A stretch of 63,779 nucleotides of DNA, the filler included, from Octopus bimaculoides (taxonomy: Eukaryota), in NCBI RefSeq assembly GCF_001194135.2. It is 9 parts of 8 records of this genome, joined end to end, with 100 filler letters (N's around TTAATTAATTAA, not from the genome) between each part and the next. Parts side by side here need not be neighbours in the genome. Positions count along the whole stretch, not along the records: positions 58,837 to 63,779 come from NC_068986.1; 8 more parts are not named here. One strand, 5' to 3'. The position numbers and the translations under genes were made by a program. Below, piece after piece: positions 63,573 to 63,779 of the stretch (positions are counted from its first letter, which is position 1; each line of letters begins with the position of its first letter). The notes beneath the pieces are model-generated. The model had not been told where the DNA came from, searched no databases, and saw nothing but the letters and a program-made list of their open reading frames with translations.

Positions 63573-63779
63573 AAATAACTCGTATTACAATAAGTCCATT
63601 TTATTCATCAGTGTTCATCCGAAAATCAATTAAATGTGATTTACGACTAGATTGAGCATTTATGGCAATACCAGCCTGAATATTCAAAACGATATGTGTG
63701 TGTATGTGTGTGTGTACGTATATATATGTATATGTGTAAACATATAAGTATATATATGTATATATATATATATATATAT

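Overview
Animal genomic DNA, AT-rich, full of microsatellites and heavily gapped. The repeat families suggest a cephalopod (Octopus-like), which is inference only. No host protein-coding gene, functional tRNA, rRNA or CRISPR array can be supported. The window is built from at least nine sequence blocks joined by eight identical 100-bp artificial linkers (44 N + TTAATTAATTAA + 44 N), so adjacency across linkers is unproven. Most interpretable sequence is transposable-element debris: RTE, CR1-like, Tx1/L1-like and R4/Dong-like LINEs; at least four Penelope-like element (PLE) remnants; three mariner copies; a Chapaev-like transposase pseudogene; several MITE/foldback elements; and about five tRNA-derived SINE families. 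The most interesting signal is a tRNA-headed SINE (family B here). Its 3' body carries a minimal type-I hammerhead-ribozyme motif of the kind known from Penelope pseudo-LTRs (GACAC-CUGAYGA-A-GGCUG..CAGCC-GAAA-CG-UU/GUGUU). At both loci it occurs as a head-to-head inverted pair. At 29.7-30.2 kb the whole pair is bounded by one 13-bp target-site duplication, so it was a single insertion event. This suggests a SINE mobilised by Penelope machinery, possibly through an RNA dimer. Two more degenerate hammerhead-like motifs lie near PLE remnants. Also notable are a foldback element whose loop is a tRNA-like cloverleaf (two copies) and an apparent ORF1-only Tx1-like retroelement.
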